Virus record (IMG/VR): IMGVR_UViG_3300003877_000001
Location: 1 to 64,000 of that record
Length of the DNA: 64,000 nt
Reading direction: 5' to 3' (one strand)
Shown here: piece by piece, positions 18,400 to 29,215 of the stretch
How the letters are laid out: every line of letters starts with the position of its first letter
Numbering within the stretch: position 1 is the stretch's first letter
Position numbers and translations under genes: made by a program
Notes under the pieces: model-generated
The model's input: only the letters and a program-made list of their open reading frames with translations
What the model was told of the DNA's origin: nothing
Database searches by the model: none

Positions 18400-19391
18400 T
18401 ATCTATTCGATTTAATACCCTGTAATTCATCCATCCAATGATCAACCATTTCATGCATCATTATCTCAAATGAATATTCTGGTTTCCAACCTAAAACATT
18501 TCTTGCTTTTGTTGAATCACCCTTTAGATATGGTAACTCTTCTGGTCTAATAAATTTAGGGTTTTGTACTACATAATCTTTATAATTCATATCTAAATAA
18601 CTAAAAACAACATCACACATTTCACGAACTGAATGTGTTTCCATTGTTGATATAACAAAATCGTCTGCAATATCATGATTAATTACTTTATGCATTGCAC
18701 GAACATAATCTTTTGAATGCCCCCAATCTCTATAAGAATCAATATTCCCTAATTCTAGTTTATCTGCCTTTCCTAATTTAATCATACATGCAATTTTAAC
18801 TACTTTATTTGTAACAAAATTACTTCCTCTTCTTGGTGATTCATGATTAAATAATATTCCGTTGGTTGCGTGTAAATTATAAGCACGTCTATAATGACGA
18901 ACCATATTATATGAGAATACTTTAGCACAACCATAAGGAGATACTGGATTCATTAATGTAGTTTCTCTTTGAAACTTATCATTCTCAACAGTTAAACCAA
19001 ACATTTCAGATGAACTTGCTTGATAAAATTTAGCATCAGGGCAAAGTCTTTTATACGCTTCTAATATATTAACAACACCCAACGCATTTGTTTGTACTGT
19101 AAATTGTGGTATATCAAAACTAATTCTAACGTGTGACTGAGCACCTAAATTATATATTTCATCGGGCATTATTTCGGTTAATAGACGTTCTATTGATGTT
19201 TGATCTAATAAATCACCATAATGTACGTACATATTTTTATTACTTCTTAAACCTTCAATCCTATATTGTTGGTTTTCAGCAACAGAGTTTCTTCTAATCA
19301 TTCCATGTACTTCATATCCTAGTGATAATAAATATTCACTAAGATAACTACCATCTTGACCACTAATTCCTGTTATAAACGCTTTTTTCAT
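18399..19391 (-). CDS. gmd: GDP-mannose 4,6-dehydratase
   Basis: ITGISGQDGSYL, AQSHVRISF, YQASSSEMFG, SPYGCAK, GILFNHESPRRG, RDWG. Confidence 0.95.
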   Translation of the reverse strand: MKKAFITGISGQDGSYLSEYLLSLGYEVHGMIRRNSVAENQQYRIEGLRSNKNMYVHYGDLLDQTSIERLLTEIMPDEIYNLGAQSHVRISFDIPQFTVQTNALGVVNILEAYKRLCPDAKFYQASSSEMFGLTVENDKFQRETTLMNPVSPYGCAKVFSYNMVRHYRRAYNLHATNGILFNHESPRRGSNFVTNKVVKIACMIKLGKADKLELGNIDSYRDWGHSKDYVRAMHKVINHDIADDFVISTMETHSVREMCDVVFSYLDMNYKDYVVQNPKFIRPEELPYLKGDSTKARNVLGWKPEYSFEIMMHEMVDHWMDELQGIKSNR

Positions 19392-19408
19392 ATTTTATAT
19401 TTATTTTA

Positions 19409-20140
19409 CTATATTCTTATATTTTTTATCATTTCTTCAATATCTGGATACATCGTACTATTTCCACTATCTTCATTTTCTTCAGGTACACTATCCATTA
19501 ATATTATTCCTCTTGCTGCATCTTCAGGTGTCATATACATATGATATCCCTTTGTTTTTATATGATTACAATCATTATATGATACTGTCAGATCTCTACC
19601 ATCATAACTCATTAATTTTAACATCTTTGCTGCTTCCTTATCATCAGTTAAAATAATACCACCCTTACCAATTGGTATTCTTTTCTTTATTTGAAAAGAT
19701 ACAACCTGTAATGCATTATTTCCAACATACATGTCTTTAGTCCAACGTACTGCACCATCATATACTCTAGTAGGATTTAATCGATAAATTCCACTCCATT
19801 CATAATCTTTAAACTCATAATCTAATCCTACTTGATTAATTAACATAGGTAATGAAACATATGTTCTATTAGGTATGGTTATTTTAGGATGAATATTCCA
19901 TTCAACCATTATTTCACCAATATTCATTAGATATTTTAATGATAAAAACATACCATTTGTACAACAATCAGTTAAAATACCATATTTTGCACCTGCAAAT
20001 TCAGCAACTTTTTGTTCAAACATGTCAATCACTTCTCTTGGGTCGTTCCAATAATAACCCATTTCTTTTATTATGTCAAGTTCTGGACGTTGTAAATGTT
20101 TGGGTATTTGACCTAAAGGATAACTATCATATTTTTCCAT
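19409..20140 (-). CDS. DegT/DnrJ/EryC1/StrS-family aminotransferase (short)
   Basis: FEQKVAEFAGAKY, SFQIKK, GKGGIILTDD, MTPEDAARG. Confidence 0.8.
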   Translation of the reverse strand: MEKYDSYPLGQIPKHLQRPELDIIKEMGYYWNDPREVIDMFEQKVAEFAGAKYGILTDCCTNGMFLSLKYLMNIGEIMVEWNIHPKITIPNRTYVSLPMLINQVGLDYEFKDYEWSGIYRLNPTRVYDGAVRWTKDMYVGNNALQVVSFQIKKRIPIGKGGIILTDDKEAAKMLKLMSYDGRDLTVSYNDCNHIKTKGYHMYMTPEDAARGIILMDSVPEENEDSGNSTMYPDIEEMIKNIRI

Positions 20141-20990
20141 TCTTTATATTTTTTATTTCATTTTTTAATATCCAATCATTCATTTTAATATGTCTCATTT
20201 TAGGATAAACTACAATACCATTACATAATAGTGCAGATGCATAACTAAAAGAACTTATAGATAATACTAATAATTTAGCATTTATCATTCTAATAAACAT
20301 TTCATTTGAACTAATTTCATCATCATATATTATTTTATATTTATTATATGGTTTTGGATTAAAATTCAATCTTTGTGTGGTTATTATTATGTTTTCATTT
20401 CCATTTTTTGTTAATGTATCTAATATATTTAAATAATAATCATCGTTTAATATTCTATTTTGATATTTTACAATGTCTGATCTTCTAATATGTATGATTA
20501 TTTCGTTTGACATTTCATGTTTAAATTGAAATAATGAAAATATCTTACTTCTATATTTTTTCATTATTTCAATACTTAAATCTTTTCTATCTAAATGTTT
20601 ATGTAATGTTGATATTAAATATATTTTATTTTTATGTTCATTATTTTTTATTTCTCTAACTACTTGGGTCATATCACCTTTAACAATAGTAAAATCATTT
20701 AAAATTATATTATTAACATCAACACCCACATAATTTAATGTTTTATCCCATTCATTAGCACTCTTAATATACCCTTCTCTATTCCATGTACTATAATTTT
20801 TTGATCTTGTTTTTTCACCAGCAAGAAAATTAACACCAAACCCTTCATATGATAGTGGAACATTTAAGTATTCAATATCTTTAGAATATTCTTCATTTAA
20901 ATAATATGCAAACGCACAAACATTGAAAATTCTTTGAACTCTAGCACCCATTCCATCTTGTGCTATATTACATGCAATATATGTTTTCAT
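20127..20990 (-). CDS. GT11 (alpha-1,2-fucosyltransferase)-like glycosyltransferase
   Basis: IHIRRSD (cf. HVRRGD) and SISSFSYASA (cf. SNSTFSWWAA). Confidence 0.6.
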   Translation of the reverse strand: MKTYIACNIAQDGMGARVQRIFNVCAFAYYLNEEYSKDIEYLNVPLSYEGFGVNFLAGEKTRSKNYSTWNREGYIKSANEWDKTLNYVGVDVNNIILNDFTIVKGDMTQVVREIKNNEHKNKIYLISTLHKHLDRKDLSIEIMKKYRSKIFSLFQFKHEMSNEIIIHIRRSDIVKYQNRILNDDYYLNILDTLTKNGNENIIITTQRLNFNPKPYNKYKIIYDDEISSNEMFIRMINAKLLVLSISSFSYASALLCNGIVVYPKMRHIKMNDWILKNEIKNIKNGKI

Positions 20991-21691
20991 ATTAATATGT
21001 TTACATTTCTTTCTAAAGCAATTGTATTATACATTTGAATATCTTCTCTATACATATTCATTATTTTCATTTTAATATTAAAATTTGTTTTAATATAATT
21101 TGAAATTAATTTTTTCTTTTCCTCATTACCAACATTATCGTTTGGGAAATCTAAATCATTTTTAATCTTATATTTCTCTTTAAATTCTTTATATTCCCAT
21201 GATAAATTCTTCTCTAACATTATTTCGTCAATATCATTAATATTTAAACCTCTATCTTCTATAAATTTAATTTGTGGATATGTAACAGCATCATAATAAT
21301 TATTATCACTAATAGCATTCAAAAAATATTTAAAACTTTCAATAACATCATCTTGATTCTTATAAAAACAAGATTTTTTTGTTTCTTCTATTGGATGTTG
21401 ATTTGGATATCCATTATCTTCAAGTCTTAATAAATAAAGATACATTGAAATTACTCTATCAATTGGATTTCTTAATATACAAACAGTAACTAATCCTTTA
21501 TCTTTAACATCAATATATTTAAAATATCTACCACGCATATTTAATGCATTTCTAAATGAAATTGATGCGTTTTTATATATATGAATAAATGCAAACCTTT
21601 CTTCTGGGTCTACAAAACAACCATCAATTTTATAATTATATTTATTATATGGTTTATGTATACACATATCCCAATTTTTTCGCATTTTCAA
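20987..21691 (-). CDS. Sulfotransferase family 2 protein
   Basis: FIHIYKNASIS (5'-PSB) and ILRNPIDRVISMY (3'-PB) motifs. Confidence 0.8.
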   Translation of the reverse strand: MKMRKNWDMCIHKPYNKYNYKIDGCFVDPEERFAFIHIYKNASISFRNALNMRGRYFKYIDVKDKGLVTVCILRNPIDRVISMYLYLLRLEDNGYPNQHPIEETKKSCFYKNQDDVIESFKYFLNAISDNNYYDAVTYPQIKFIEDRGLNINDIDEIMLEKNLSWEYKEFKEKYKIKNDLDFPNDNVGNEEKKKLISNYIKTNFNIKMKIMNMYREDIQMYNTIALERNVNILI

Positions 21692-22202
21692 TTATTTTAT
21701 TACCATCAATCTTTTTTATCAACTTTGCAGGATTACCCTTATATATACCCCATTCTTCAGTATCACCATATATTAAACTTCCTGCTGTAACTAAAACACC
21801 TTTTCTTAGTATTGTACCCGGTAATATAATTGCATTTGAACCAACATTTGAAAATTCTTTCATTATGATTGGTTTTATTATTTGACTACCAACCAGTTCT
21901 TTAGGTATTAAAGCACCAAATAAACCAGAATCATCAAACCTATCTGAACCACATACAATTCTAGCACCAGCCATAATATTATTAAATCCTTTTAATGTTA
22001 ACATTCCATCAATACCGCCAATAGATGTCACATGTGGTGCAATATGGATATAATCACCTGTTTTCATTCCAGTTGTACAATAAAAACCATAATCAATTGC
22101 AATATGATTACCCAGTTCAATTAATTCTGGTCTTTTAAATTCAACATTTGAATGTATAAATATATCTTTACCTTGTTTAATTTTCATATTTGTTACATTC
22201 AA
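21654..22202 (-). CDS. Hexapeptide-repeat O/N-acyltransferase
   Basis: Left-handed beta-helix repeats, VGSNAIILPG, IYKGNPAKLIK; real start may be the second Met (22187). Confidence 0.85.
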   Translation of the reverse strand: MNVTNMKIKQGKDIFIHSNVEFKRPELIELGNHIAIDYGFYCTTGMKTGDYIHIAPHVTSIGGIDGMLTLKGFNNIMAGARIVCGSDRFDDSGLFGALIPKELVGSQIIKPIIMKEFSNVGSNAIILPGTILRKGVLVTAGSLIYGDTEEWGIYKGNPAKLIKKIDGNKIIENAKKLGYVYT

Positions 22203-22734
22203 TATTTAAACTTATTAGTTGTCCATTTTTTTTATTCATATGTGGTAAATACGATTGTGAATGATCATCAAATTGTGAATGGTCTGTATTTCTCCAATCA
22301 TATTTCTTAACATTTTTAAAATTAATACCATTTAATATATTTTTTAATGAATCAAAATCATATATTGTTTTATGATAAATTATATTATTACCCATTTTCA
22401 TTTTGCCGAAAATAGGACCTAAAAAATTTTCTATTTGATAATTTTTATTATTATATAGGTTAGATATTGATTCAATATCAGGTGTTGCAATTCTTAACAC
22501 ACCGTTTGGTTTTAATACTCTATACCATTCTTTAAATACATCAATAATTTCATCTCTATCAAAATATCCAATCACATGTGATGCATAAATTATATCAGCA
22601 AAATTATTATTAAAGGGTAATAATGAGACATTACAATTATAATCTAAATGATTATAATCACCATTATCAACATGAATCCAATCTTTACCAAAATTTCTCC
22701 AACCACAACCTAAATGTAATTTAATTTCTTCCAT
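22177..22734 (-). CDS. Class I SAM-dependent methyltransferase
   Basis: LHLGCG, IYASHV, WYRVLKPNGVLRIATPD. Confidence 0.85.
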   Translation of the reverse strand: MEEIKLHLGCGWRNFGKDWIHVDNGDYNHLDYNCNVSLLPFNNNFADIIYASHVIGYFDRDEIIDVFKEWYRVLKPNGVLRIATPDIESISNLYNNKNYQIENFLGPIFGKMKMGNNIIYHKTIYDFDSLKNILNGINFKNVKKYDWRNTDHSQFDDHSQSYLPHMNKKNGQLISLNIECNKYEN

Positions 22735-23153
22735 TATATAAACCTTTTATCTAATTCTTGACCCTCATAAGGACCTGTCTTATATTCATATACTATGGTA
22801 TTATCTTCCAATATTTCATATGTATGACCACCATACAATGTAAATGAAGCATCCCCAACTTTAAGTGTTGGTGTTGCAATAACATTATCATTAATATCAT
22901 AAAAAGTACATTTAACACTACCATTAATAATCACCCAAGATTCTTGTGCAATTTGATTTTCATATGTTCTTTTCTTCTTAATATGTTTATGTGGTTTAAA
23001 TTTCTTACCTTTTTTCATTTTTAGTGAAGAACACTGAATAAAATTATCTTCAGGTACTAATTCAACTCTAGTTTCTTGTTTTTTTATATCATCTAATCTT
23101 CTTATAATATGAAGAAGTAATTTTGGATCTACTTTTGAATATATTTTTTCCAT
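22734..23153 (-). CDS. WbuC-like cupin-fold protein
   Basis: FKPHKH, QESW, GGHTYE, KTGPY. Confidence 0.75.
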   Translation of the reverse strand: MEKIYSKVDPKLLLHIIRRLDDIKKQETRVELVPEDNFIQCSSLKMKKGKKFKPHKHIKKKRTYENQIAQESWVIINGSVKCTFYDINDNVIATPTLKVGDASFTLYGGHTYEILEDNTIVYEYKTGPYEGQELDKRFI

Positions 23154-23791
23154 TATATTTTTTTATTTTTAAATGTCATTTCTTTATGCATTGTTATACC
23201 ATCATTTAAATCGATTAATACATCAAAATATTTTTTTAAATAATCAATTAATTTTGATAATTTTTCTTTTAATTGAATATGAATTTCTACTGATATATAT
23301 TTAATTTTAGATAAATCCTTATTCATTAATAGATTATATTCACTCCCCTCACAATCAACCTTCAAGTAATCAATTTCTTTAGTTCCAATTATTTCATAAA
23401 TATCTTCAATAGTAATTGTTTCAACCATTTCATAGTTATTATCATCCCATCTATCATCATCATATGTAGATGCATTTCCTGAATAATTAGATGCTTTATA
23501 TGCTTTTAATTTAATTTTATCACCAGATTTATTTGAAACAGCATATTTATAAAGTTTAACATTATCAAACATTTCAATATTTTTTAAGCATTCATTATAT
23601 GTATATTCTGCTGGTTCAAAACAATATATTTTTTCAAATTTATTATGATTAACAATTGGAAACCCACCAACATTTGCACCAACATCTACTGCAACACCAA
23701 AACCATTAAATTCATCAGGCACATAATATGCCTTTTTTACACCATTTATTCTTGTTGTTAACCAATTTGTAGGGTCGTTAAATTCTATCAT
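23153..23791 (-). CDS. FkbM-family methyltransferase
   Basis: VDVGANVG, FEP, LKVDCEGSEY. Confidence 0.88.
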   Translation of the reverse strand: MIEFNDPTNWLTTRINGVKKAYYVPDEFNGFGVAVDVGANVGGFPIVNHNKFEKIYCFEPAEYTYNECLKNIEMFDNVKLYKYAVSNKSGDKIKLKAYKASNYSGNASTYDDDRWDDNNYEMVETITIEDIYEIIGTKEIDYLKVDCEGSEYNLLMNKDLSKIKYISVEIHIQLKEKLSKLIDYLKKYFDVLIDLNDGITMHKEMTFKNKKI

Positions 23792-24840
23792 ATTTGTTTA
23801 AATTTATTAAATACATCATTAGTTTTTAAATCTTTATATCCACCGTTTTCACCTAAATCAGCAACATTTTGTGGATAATTTTGCATTAATGCAAGACCAT
23901 GTGCTGCTTCTTGTGGTGTCATATACATATTCCAACCAAGTGTTTTTATATTATCATCTTTATAACCAATTGCTGATCTTCCTTCATATCTTGCTTTCTT
24001 AAACCATTCAACAGCTTCAGGGTTGTCGGTTAATATCATACCACCCTTACCCATTGGTAGTGTTTTTTTTATATGAAATGACAAACATATAAATTTACCT
24101 TTCATATACATATTAGATGTAAATCTTTTAGCAGCATCAATTACAGGTAAAGGTTCTAATGAATACATACCAGACCATTCATAATTTCTAAATTTTACAT
24201 CATAACCAGCATGAATTGCAGACATTGGTACTGATAAATATGTTTTATTTGGAATAATAACATATTCATTATCATAATCTTCTAGTTCTTTCATATACAT
24301 TAAAGAAAGAAATATTGCATTAGTACAACTATCAATAGCTACCGCATAAGGTGCACCAGTATATTTAGCAACTTCTTCTTCAAACATTTCAACAATTTTA
24401 AATGGATTATGTAAATTTGTTTTATATTCTACAAATTCTTTTTTATAATATTTGAATTTTGAATCTTCCATTACAAACTTAAACCCACATGAAATAAAAA
24501 GTTTATTACTAGACTCATTATCATGTTTAACTTTAGCAAAAGATGTTGGGGCTAATCTCATTAGTTCGTTAATCATTAATTTACCATATCCTTTCTTTTG
24601 GTGATCAGGATGTGTACAAACCCTAATATCATTATCAACAGAACCAACAAAACCTACTGGAATATCATTAACCAAACAAATCCAATATTCGTCATTATGC
24701 TTTTCCATATACTTTTCCTGTTGTTTTGATGTAATTTGAACATTTTCAATAAACCCATCTTGAACTTGATCATTAGATCTTAGTTTTCTAATAAATTCCC
24801 AATACCTTTTCTCGTTCTTTACTAACTTTACCATATACAA
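23788..24840 (-). CDS. GNAT acetyltransferase fused to a DegT-family aminotransferase
   Basis: N-terminal THPDHQKKGYGK GNAT motif; C-terminal FEEEVAKYTGAPYAVAIDSCT, LSFHIKK, GKGGMILTD. Confidence 0.8.
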   Translation of the reverse strand: MYMVKLVKNEKRYWEFIRKLRSNDQVQDGFIENVQITSKQQEKYMEKHNDEYWICLVNDIPVGFVGSVDNDIRVCTHPDHQKKGYGKLMINELMRLAPTSFAKVKHDNESSNKLFISCGFKFVMEDSKFKYYKKEFVEYKTNLHNPFKIVEMFEEEVAKYTGAPYAVAIDSCTNAIFLSLMYMKELEDYDNEYVIIPNKTYLSVPMSAIHAGYDVKFRNYEWSGMYSLEPLPVIDAAKRFTSNMYMKGKFICLSFHIKKTLPMGKGGMILTDNPEAVEWFKKARYEGRSAIGYKDDNIKTLGWNMYMTPQEAAHGLALMQNYPQNVADLGENGGYKDLKTNDVFNKFKQI

Positions 24841-25589
24841 ATTTTTCTATTTCCTCCTTTTAAATACCCCCTTATACCTTTCATACCTAAATAATCATTC
24901 ATTGTAGTACCAACATCTATATATGTATTATTTGGGTATTTCTTATATAAATGATGTATTAAAAAATTACTTAGTGATGATGCCGAAAATAAAAATACAT
25001 GATTTTCAATTAAATTTTCACTAATCCAATTGTCCATATGTTCAATTAATTCATAATCATTAATAATACAATTTTTACCAACTCTAAAATCTTTTTCAAC
25101 CTTAAATGGTAGTCCATCAATATGTCCAATTTCATTTAGAACGTAAACAATTTTCTTATTTGAAAATTCTGGAATCATATATTCTTTAAATAATGGGAAA
25201 TTACCATTAACCCATAAATTAGACCATGTTAATAAATCACTATTTGGATTACCATCATACCAATCAACCATTTCATCAAAATCTGCTTGACCAACACAAC
25301 AACGACAAGATAATCCCACATAATAGTTATTTTGAAGATGTTGATAAGCATCCATTAATTCTTGTCTATAAAATTGGTGTTTATTTGGATCAAAATGTTT
25401 ATAATCCTCTGGATGATAAAATCCTGCTGTTTTTTTATTACCTATTTTAAAATAATCATTAGCAAGAATAAGTTCTTTATTTTGCATTATACGTAATTCA
25501 CCATCTGAAAATCTACTAAAGGCAAAATTTTCACCCCTTTTAAATTTATCAAATAACATAAAAAAATGTTCTTTAAATATTTTACTCAT
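24828..25589 (-). CDS. GT-D fold (DUF1792-like) glycosyltransferase
   Basis: FAFSRFSDGE motif and C-terminal IDVGT. Confidence 0.65.
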   Translation of the reverse strand: MSKIFKEHFFMLFDKFKRGENFAFSRFSDGELRIMQNKELILANDYFKIGNKKTAGFYHPEDYKHFDPNKHQFYRQELMDAYQHLQNNYYVGLSCRCCVGQADFDEMVDWYDGNPNSDLLTWSNLWVNGNFPLFKEYMIPEFSNKKIVYVLNEIGHIDGLPFKVEKDFRVGKNCIINDYELIEHMDNWISENLIENHVFLFSASSLSNFLIHHLYKKYPNNTYIDVGTTMNDYLGMKGIRGYLKGGNRKICIW

Positions 25590-26323
25590 TTTATTTTATG
25601 TACAGTATTCCAACCTTTATCAATACATTTAGAACAAACCAAATCTCTTAATCCATAATGATCTGCATTTATCTTAAATGATGCAACATTATCATTTCCT
25701 AACCCACCATCTCTTTCTGGGAGATTACCCCACATTTCTCTATCACTTTCAGGATGTGGTGGTACAAATGTATTTATTCCACCATATTTTTGTGCTAAAT
25801 ATGAAAACATAATATCTTCACCATTATCCCATGATACTGGTTTTTCATACCACATATATTTTGCCCATTCTTGTTTAAAAAACCACCCATGACCAACTAA
25901 ATCAACTCTCATTGTCCCATCACTATGTGTTCCTGTCCACCCAGCCTTAGAGTGTGGTCTATACGCTTTACTATTAATTATAACACCACTAGACCCTAAT
26001 ATACCATTATGTTTTTTCATCGTAGTTAAACAATTTTCAAACCATTTATTACCCGGAATAGTATCATCATCAAACATTGCAATATAGGGTGTTCTTATTA
26101 ATAATGGAATTGTAAATCTTCCATGGAATTTACTATTCCAATTAGTCACATATGTTTTTACGTTTTTATTTATTGGTAAATTTTGTCGAATATCTGATTT
26201 ATTAAACCAAACATGAATATTTTCTGGTTTAATTTTAACTGTTTGATTTAAAACAGCCTCAATTTGTTTATCTAAACTATGTGGTCTTTTATATACGTTT
26301 AATATAACTGATATTTCTTCCAT
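25586..26323 (-). CDS. GT2-like glycosyltransferase
   Basis: VILNVYKRP, AMFDDDTIPG, GEDIMFS. Confidence 0.75.
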   Translation of the reverse strand: MEEISVILNVYKRPHSLDKQIEAVLNQTVKIKPENIHVWFNKSDIRQNLPINKNVKTYVTNWNSKFHGRFTIPLLIRTPYIAMFDDDTIPGNKWFENCLTTMKKHNGILGSSGVIINSKAYRPHSKAGWTGTHSDGTMRVDLVGHGWFFKQEWAKYMWYEKPVSWDNGEDIMFSYLAQKYGGINTFVPPHPESDREMWGNLPERDGGLGNDNVASFKINADHYGLRDLVCSKCIDKGWNTVHKIK

Positions 26324-26325
26324 AT

Positions 26326-27312
26326 TTATTTGTTTTTATCATCAATAAATCTCCATGTATGTATTGGTTGTTTATCTCTTTGTAATTTATTCATTTTAGA
26401 ATCTTCATTTCCATTATGTTTAACTAATGAGAATTCGGTTTTATGTACTAATAATTTCATTTGATGAATTTTTTGACTTACTTGTCTCCAAACACCTGAA
26501 CTTAATTCTTTATCATTTTTCCATCTACTTTCTGATATTTCATCAATATTAAATTTTATTTTTTCTATAAATTTATAATCAAAAAGAGTTCCACCATCAA
26601 CCCAATGTTTAAAACCCCATGCTAATTGATTTGAATTATGTGTAATATGATATGAAATTCCAACATATCTATTATTTATTTCTTTCAATTCAAAAAATTT
26701 ATCTAGTAAAATATCTAAATAATTTTCACATAAAATATAATCATCATCAATTTGTAATATTGCATGGGATTTATTTTCTGAACTAACTTTAAATAATTCA
26801 TTAATTGTTTTCCAATATCTATATTTCCCACCATTTTTAACATTTTCAATATATTCTAATTTAGGAAAATAATCTTTTATTGTTTTATATTTATAATACG
26901 TTGAACCGTCATTCAATAATACTATTTTAAATTTATATTTACTGTCTTGTGTATATAATTGACTAATTAATCTTTTAACTTTGGCATATCTATTAAATGA
27001 TGATATTAAAATTACAACATCATATTTTATATTTAATTCTTTTAAATAATCAACATCAAAAATATCATCATAAACACCTCTTCTAATAAGCCCTCTTTGC
27101 TCATGTTTAGTTAATCCTTTTTTTATTTCTATTCTTTCTTTTCCTTTTGTTTGAGAAGCATCAATTTTTATATAACTCTGTTTTGGTTTTGGTGTACTAA
27201 TTAATTTTGGTTGTTTTTTTGATATTAATTTATTATTAATACGACTTTCTCTATTATTATTAATAACAATCCTTTTTTTTATAATATTTTTTATTGTTCT
27301 ATTTTTAGCCAT
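26326..27312 (-). CDS. GT2-like glycosyltransferase with a basic N-terminal extension
   Basis: ISSFNR, LNDGS, QIDDD; first ~80 aa K/R/I-rich. Confidence 0.75.
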   Translation of the reverse strand: MAKNRTIKNIIKKRIVINNNRESRINNKLISKKQPKLISTPKPKQSYIKIDASQTKGKERIEIKKGLTKHEQRGLIRRGVYDDIFDVDYLKELNIKYDVVILISSFNRYAKVKRLISQLYTQDSKYKFKIVLLNDGSTYYKYKTIKDYFPKLEYIENVKNGGKYRYWKTINELFKVSSENKSHAILQIDDDYILCENYLDILLDKFFELKEINNRYVGISYHITHNSNQLAWGFKHWVDGGTLFDYKFIEKIKFNIDEISESRWKNDKELSSGVWRQVSQKIHQMKLLVHKTEFSLVKHNGNEDSKMNKLQRDKQPIHTWRFIDDKNK

Positions 27313-27337
27313 TTCTTTTATATTTTTTTTATAAATA

Positions 27338-27997
27338 CTACCATGACCCTAATTTATGTTTATTAATTATTTTTAGTAAATTTTCTCTTTCATTATTAGT
27401 GTTTGATGTTATTCCTTCATCTAGATAATATGCAAAGAATTCAATATCTTGTACTGCAATACCCTCTATTCCTTGTTTCAATAATGTCAACCAAATATCC
27501 CAATCTTGTAATCTTTTTAATGATTCATCAAACATAGGAAAAATATCACTTCTTATTAATGACATTGTTGATATATAATTTTCTCTTTTTAATACTCTAC
27601 CATCAAATGGTCTTGTTGATATTCTAAAATTCGTTTTTATTGGGTGATTAATTTTATCTTGTACTATACCAAAATATCCTCCATATGCATATCCTTTATC
27701 TGGATTTTTTTCTAAAACATCAATTGCTTTTTCTAAAAAACTAGATGGAAATATAATATCATTATCACTAAATAAAACATATTTTTGTGTAGATTTTTTA
27801 AATCCGTCATTACGTTTTTTAGGTGCACCACCATCATCAGTATTTATAATAATTTCATTTGGTAGCATTCCTTCTATTGATGGGTAACAAAAATCTTTAA
27901 AGAATTTGTCTCTTATTGGTGTTACTTTATGTGGTATTATTACTGATACTGGATATCCATCATCATATTTTTCTATGTTTATCATATATGTGTCCAA
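27338..27997 (-). CDS. GT2 glycosyltransferase
   Basis: PVSVIIP, GAPKKRNDG, FSDND, FDESLKRLQDWDIW. Confidence 0.85.
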   Translation of the reverse strand: MDTYMINIEKYDDGYPVSVIIPHKVTPIRDKFFKDFCYPSIEGMLPNEIIINTDDGGAPKKRNDGFKKSTQKYVLFSDNDIIFPSSFLEKAIDVLEKNPDKGYAYGGYFGIVQDKINHPIKTNFRISTRPFDGRVLKRENYISTMSLIRSDIFPMFDESLKRLQDWDIWLTLLKQGIEGIAVQDIEFFAYYLDEGITSNTNNERENLLKIINKHKLGSW

Positions 27998-28144
27998 CTT
28001 ATATTTCTAATTATTCTTGATATGGTTAATAGTGATACTTTATATTTTTTACCAATACTCATATCTATTTATTTATATTTTTTTGAACTTCCAATATAAC
28101 AATTTCCACTAATTTTATTTAATATATATTGAATAATTCTACTT

Positions 28145-29215
28145 TTATCGGTAATTCCGATTTATATTTTTAAATTCATTGTACCATTTATTTTTTGTTA
28201 TTGCATCATGTGCACCAAGTTGATTTTTTTTAAAATCATTATATGATTTATATTTTTTTACTTCAATTAAACAATTCTCCAATGTCCAATAATTATTTGG
28301 TTTTTTTAAAAGAATCATATGTTTGGTAATATCAATATACCAATTATTTCTATGTGCTGCTTGATAGGCATTAGAACTATTTTTTTTAAATTCACTTTTT
28401 GTTTTATATTTTTTTGCCTCAATTAAACATTTTTCTTTTGTCCATTTTATTTTTTGTTTTTTCATATGTTTACAACATTCTTTTAACCACCCATTATTTA
28501 ATGTACTATTATATGCTGTTCTATTATTTTTTATAAATTCAGTTTTTGTTTTATATTTTTTTGCCTCAATTAAACATTTTTCTTTTGTCCATTTTAAATG
28601 ACTATTTTTTGGCATATGATTATAACATTCTTTTAACCATCCATTTCTTTTTGCGGAATTATATGCACCACCAAATTTTATTTTAAATTCTGATTTTGTA
28701 TTACATAATAATCCAGCTTCAACACATTTTTTTTTCGTCCAAAAGATAATACCACAACCCAAAGCACCACATTTATTTTTATTTAAAATATTCCAACCTT
28801 TCTTATTATAGTGTTCTAGAATATCACCCACAACAATTGAAGCAAGTTTTTTATCTAATAATTTAGTTTTTTGAATAAAAATTGGTACTAATTCAGTTTT
28901 TTTTATATATTTATATACAGTACTTTTTTTAGATGTTAAATGTTCATTTTTCCTTCTACTAAGATCATATGTTAAACCAACATATATTGATTTATCTAAA
29001 AATTCAAATACATAAATAAATCTTTTAAACCTAGAACCTAAAATCTCCATATGTTTAATAGAGTCTTCAAAACAATTTAATTTTTTAGATGCTTTATATG
29101 AACTATTCGATTTTATTGCCCATTCGGTCTTCGAATTAAATTTTAATGCTTCTATTTTAATATTCTCAATATTCCATTTTTTATTTTTTCTTTTAAATTT
29201 CCCTTGGTAATTCAT
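28145..29215 (-). CDS. GIY-YIG-type homing endonuclease with tandem repeats of about 44 aa
   Basis: FIYVFEF..KSIYVGLT...RRKNEH; several KWTxExCxxEAKKY...AY....NGW repeats; start revised to MNYQG (29215). Confidence 0.75.
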   Translation of the reverse strand: MNYQGKFKRKNKKWNIENIKIEALKFNSKTEWAIKSNSSYKASKKLNCFEDSIKHMEILGSRFKRFIYVFEFLDKSIYVGLTYDLSRRKNEHLTSKKSTVYKYIKKTELVPIFIQKTKLLDKKLASIVVGDILEHYNKKGWNILNKNKCGALGCGIIFWTKKKCVEAGLLCNTKSEFKIKFGGAYNSAKRNGWLKECYNHMPKNSHLKWTKEKCLIEAKKYKTKTEFIKNNRTAYNSTLNNGWLKECCKHMKKQKIKWTKEKCLIEAKKYKTKSEFKKNSSNAYQAAHRNNWYIDITKHMILLKKPNNYWTLENCLIEVKKYKSYNDFKKNQLGAHDAITKNKWYNEFKNINRNYR

